From Candidatus Bathyarchaeota archaeon (GTDB lineage: Archaea > Thermoproteota > Bathyarchaeia > Bathyarchaeales > Bathycorpusculaceae): DNA of 64,000 nucleotides. This document shows positions 60,554 through 64,000 of the stretch, one piece after another (within the stretch, counting starts at the first letter, position 1; each line of letters opens with the position of its first letter). Made by a program: the position numbers and the translations under genes. The notes below the pieces were generated by a model that made no database searches, was not told the DNA's origin, and worked only from the letters and a program-made list of their open reading frames with translations. The stretch lies in contig CAWEPZ010000008.1 of NCBI GenBank assembly GCA_963811105.1, positions 32,001 to 96,000 of the forward strand, in the 5' to 3' direction.

Positions 60554-60961
60554 ATGCAGATTGGCTATGTTTTTCTGTGCAGTAATGCTTCGATGATTAA
60601 GTGCATGAGAAATAAACGCTTTAGTTGTTCCGATAAACAAATTAAAGTAGCTCAAGAATTAGAAATAAACACAATCATTTTTTTGCTCAATAATGAAACA
60701 GATACACTTCTTGGGCCATTCACTGTTGTTCAAGGACCTGAAGATTTGGAAAAGGGAACATGGTACAGTAGCATAGATGAGCATAGCGCTTCCGAAAACC
60801 TCAAAGTCGAATGGGAAAGACTACATGAACTAAAACACGCAACCGAAAAAATATCCTTTCTGAAAGAAACCAAAGATTGCAGCCTTTCTGATCTACAGAC
60901 TCAGGAACTACTATCAACATTAAAGGATGCACCTTTATACACTGAATCGAAATCTGAGTAA
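60554..60961 (+). CDS. DCD (development and cell death)-like domain protein
   Basis: GYVFLCSN.S...C.....F, IFLLN...D.LLGPF. Confidence 0.55.
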   Translation: MQIGYVFLCSNASMIKCMRNKRFSCSDKQIKVAQELEINTIIFLLNNETDTLLGPFTVVQGPEDLEKGTWYSSIDEHSASENLKVEWERLHELKHATEKISFLKETKDCSLSDLQTQELLSTLKDAPLYTESKSE

Positions 60962-61085
60962 GAAAAAAACAGCCTCCAACTATTGCAAGAAGTAATATTT
61001 TTTTAAGCAATCCGAACAGGGAAATGAAAAAACGATAAGAACAAGATGAATTTGTTAATGCTCTTTTTCGATAGCTATTTCTAAA

Positions 61086-63527
61086 TCAAATGGGCAGTTC
61101 CATTATGAATTTGGTTCCTTTCCCAATCTCACTCTCAAAGGTGACCGTTCCGCCCATTCCTTCAGTTAACCTTTTAACCACGGCTAAACCGAAGCCCTGA
61201 CCTTTAGACTTGGTCGTCACAAGCGGCGTAAACAGATTGTTTCTAACGCTTTCAGGTATGCCTTCACCTTCGTCCTCAACAGTAATGATGGCTTTGCCAT
61301 TTTTCGTAACCGCGTTTATGGCGAGTTTTCCCCCGTTTGGCATTGCTTGAACGGCGTTGTTAACCAAGTTTGTCAATATTCTTCGCATGTAAGCTTCGTC
61401 GGTTCTAAGTTTGGGAAAGTCTTTTCTGATGGAATATCTTACAGTAACGTTCCCAGGAATTTCAAGTTGAGCTAAGACCGAGTGAACTATCTGTTTGAGA
61501 TCGGTTTCTTCGAGTTTTGGCGCCAAAGGTCTCGCGAAGTCTTGCAGGTCCGCTACAATCTTGTTAATGTAATCAACGTTCTTTTCAATTTCCTGCAGAC
61601 TTTCTAACGCATTCTTTTTCTCATCACTCTCTGGAATAGAAGCTAACTCTGTTTTAGCCAGGTACAGATCGCCAGTTATAGCCTGCAACGGGTTTCGAAT
61701 ATCATGACCAACCATGCCAGCAGTCTGACCAATAGCTACCATGCGTTCAGAATCTTTAAGCTGTTTGGTGCGGGCTTCAACAAGCTTCTCCAAGTCCTTC
61801 CGGTATTCTTCAAGCTTCTCTTCAGCTTCCTTACGTTCAGAGATATCTCGGAAGATGAGAACGACACCAGTGGTCTTGCCGTCCTTGTCTTTTATGGGTG
61901 CGCCGCTGTCGTCGATTGGGACTTCGGTGCTGTCTTTTCGGATCAAGACTGAGTGGTTAGCCAAACCGACGATTACGCCCTCTTTGAGAACTCTATCTAT
62001 TGGATTTTCAACTTTCAAACGGGTTTGCTCGTTAATTATGTTGAACACTTCTTGCACTGATTTCTTTGAAGCCTCGGCTAGAGTCCAACCAGTTAATTTC
62101 TCCGCCACGCTATTCATGAAATCAACTTTTCCTTTAGCATCTGTGGCAATGACCGCGTCGCCGACACTCGATAGTGTGGTCGCCCAACGCTGTTCACTAG
62201 CCCGCAGAGCCTCCTCAGCCTGCTTCCTTTCATCAACGTTAACTGAATATATGCGCATTCGCTGATCTTGCGTCAAATAGAATCGTTGATTATACCAGTG
62301 ACTTTCGATTTTTTCATCTCTATTAAAAGTTCTTTTCTTTTCATCTCGAAAGGCTTTGACCACTTGTTCCCAGTCGCCAAGCAAACGATGGCTCAGACCC
62401 TTGGATTTGAAATCAGGAAACAGATTTTCAGTCGCCTGATTAGCGTACCGAACAGTGCCATCAAAATCAACTTCAATAATAGGGTTAGGATTAAGCGCCG
62501 GGAACGAAGCTAACCTGGAAATCTCTACATCAGATTTCTTTCGCCCAGTAATGTCTTCGAACATTGCAACGAAATATTCTTTCTTTGGGCTGTAAGCTGA
62601 TATTGAATACCATTTTTTGAGCGGTTCAAAATAAGTCTCAAACTTCACGGCCTGGCCGGTGATTGCCACTTTTCCGTAAGTTCCAATTAGATTAGCTGGA
62701 TCTTTCTCTATGCCAGGAAAAACAATAGTTACCTTTTTCCCAATTATTTTTTCCTTTTTTAGCCCTGTTAACTTCTCAAAGGTTTTATTGACCTCGAGAA
62801 AAACGTAATCCACAGGTTTTCCTTTCTCATCAAGCAAGACTTTGTGATAGGCATAGGCGTCCTGCATTTTCTCGAAAAGCACGCTGTATTTATGCTCGCT
62901 AAGTTCAAGCGCACCGTTCGCCAGTTTCCGCCTTACAGCATTTTCAACTAAACTCCACTTTTTACCCTGCTTGATTAACGTCCCTACATGATTACGTATA
63001 ACATCAACAACATCCGTGCCGCTGCAGCTTAAGAGGCAGTAAGTGCATAATGCAATCATCCGGTGCTCTATGATAACTGAGTTGATTGCTTCTTCGTAAT
63101 CGACAAAACTGGTCCAGAGATCGCGTTCGATCCAGAACGTGTTTCCAGAAAGACGCAAACCGTCAAACCCATGTTGAAATGCATATTTTTCTTTTTGGAC
63201 CCAACCCTGCAAGACTCTATTGCAATCAAACTTGCCGCCCAACAAGTACCAATTATCATATGAGATTATCTCAATCTGCCCTTTCCTAAAATATTCGTCA
63301 ATATTTGGGAGAACTCGACTAAGTGCCTCTTTTGCTTCCTTCACTTCTAAAGGCGGAGAAGTAATCCACATGCAAAACTCGTTATTCCTCAAACCTTCGG
63401 CAAAATAAGGAACAAGGATATCAATTAGGTCTTCTTTGCTTTCATAAAACTGGCAAAGGTGAGTCCCCCAAGGAATTTTCCCCACATGACTGACGCCAAA
63501 TCTGCGCAGTGCATCATTTTTTGCCAT
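61086..63527 (-). CDS. Sensor histidine kinase, MEDS plus PAS domains
   Basis: PWGTHLCQFY (MEDS), three PAS-like segments, GHDIRNPL, NLVNNAVQAM, DEGEGI, TTK.KG.GFGL. Confidence 0.95.
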   Translation of the reverse strand: MAKNDALRRFGVSHVGKIPWGTHLCQFYESKEDLIDILVPYFAEGLRNNEFCMWITSPPLEVKEAKEALSRVLPNIDEYFRKGQIEIISYDNWYLLGGKFDCNRVLQGWVQKEKYAFQHGFDGLRLSGNTFWIERDLWTSFVDYEEAINSVIIEHRMIALCTYCLLSCSGTDVVDVIRNHVGTLIKQGKKWSLVENAVRRKLANGALELSEHKYSVLFEKMQDAYAYHKVLLDEKGKPVDYVFLEVNKTFEKLTGLKKEKIIGKKVTIVFPGIEKDPANLIGTYGKVAITGQAVKFETYFEPLKKWYSISAYSPKKEYFVAMFEDITGRKKSDVEISRLASFPALNPNPIIEVDFDGTVRYANQATENLFPDFKSKGLSHRLLGDWEQVVKAFRDEKKRTFNRDEKIESHWYNQRFYLTQDQRMRIYSVNVDERKQAEEALRASEQRWATTLSSVGDAVIATDAKGKVDFMNSVAEKLTGWTLAEASKKSVQEVFNIINEQTRLKVENPIDRVLKEGVIVGLANHSVLIRKDSTEVPIDDSGAPIKDKDGKTTGVVLIFRDISERKEAEEKLEEYRKDLEKLVEARTKQLKDSERMVAIGQTAGMVGHDIRNPLQAITGDLYLAKTELASIPESDEKKNALESLQEIEKNVDYINKIVADLQDFARPLAPKLEETDLKQIVHSVLAQLEIPGNVTVRYSIRKDFPKLRTDEAYMRRILTNLVNNAVQAMPNGGKLAINAVTKNGKAIITVEDEGEGIPESVRNNLFTPLVTTKSKGQGFGLAVVKRLTEGMGGTVTFESEIGKGTKFIMELPI

Positions 63528-63717
63528 TAGCCAACACTTTATCCTCAAATAAACGTACTTTGCATAAAAAGCTTTCAGAAAAAGACATTTCAAGATAAAG
63601 AAAGGAAATTGGCTGGAAGAAACCGTCGTTTCTCAGAATGCAAGAAGGTGCACAACTTTGCAATATGATCCTTGTTCACATTCGATTAGAGAAAGAGCCA
63701 TTCAGCTGTCTTCATTA

Positions 63718-64000
63718 TTAGCGCCGGACGTTTTTTTTTGAATTTTTGAAATAAGATAATTGGATATGAGAAAATGTAGATGAAGCAAAAGAAGGTTGTT
63801 GTCTGTTAGATATTGCTTCTTCATGCCCCATTAATCTGAAGAAGTGAATCTTTAACTGGTCGGTTATCAGGAAGCTGAGTAATGCATAACCCCAGACAAA
63901 GGCGGCGAATCCCCACCCAATCGGATTCATGAAAACGCCGTAGACAGCGAACAATGTGCCAACAACTTGAGTAACCTCAGTAGTGATAAAGAGAATACTG
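63718..64000 (-). CDS. P-type H+-ATPase C-terminal part (gene begins beyond the window)
   Basis: TQVVGTLFAVYGVFMNPIGWG.A.FVWGYAL..FL.TD.LK is the typical last-TM segment of proton-efflux P-type ATPases. Confidence 0.75.
   Translation of the reverse strand, partial: SILFITTEVTQVVGTLFAVYGVFMNPIGWGFAAFVWGYALLSFLITDQLKIHFFRLMGHEEAISNRQQPSFASSTFSHIQLSYFKNSKKNVRR

Noticed and set aside
1-64000. CRISPR array or diversity-generating retroelement
   Set aside because: No regularly spaced short repeats, no reverse transcriptase, and the repeat pairs found do not differ specifically at adenines.

Overview
Archaeal chromosome window, most likely TACK/Bathyarchaeia-like. This is inferred from mch, an unlinked 5S rRNA, DUF1512-map synteny, Cren7-like and eL22-like proteins, and expanded PQQ-type beta-propeller surface proteins. 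From left to right: (1) housekeeping block with an ABC-2 exporter, PPP phosphatase, ECF S-component, mch, citG-like gene, three tandem COG1665-like nucleotidyltransferases, MFS, polyprenyl synthetase and trpS; (2) a rearranged surface-protein region (15.3-24.7 kb) with a broken PQQ-type gene, a direct repeat and a zinc-finger/PEGA cargo block; (3) a type IV pilus locus (25-39.3 kb) with a degenerate KaiC-like ATPase, assembly ATPase, two platform proteins, small pilins, a HerA-like ATPase and two giant pilin-adhesin fusions, where three pilin genes share a 20-nt promoter-proximal motif; (4) housekeeping genes plus 5S rRNA and tRNA-Ile(GAT); (5) a compact element on the 5' side of the tRNA with a divergent RHH-RHH switch and a tyrosine recombinase whose first catalytic Arg is replaced by Asp; (6) mixed accessory genes ending in a MEDS/PAS histidine kinase and a P-type H+-ATPase. 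Many genes carry single-base indels that look like long-read sequencing errors. All family calls come from reading motifs by eye; no searches were run.
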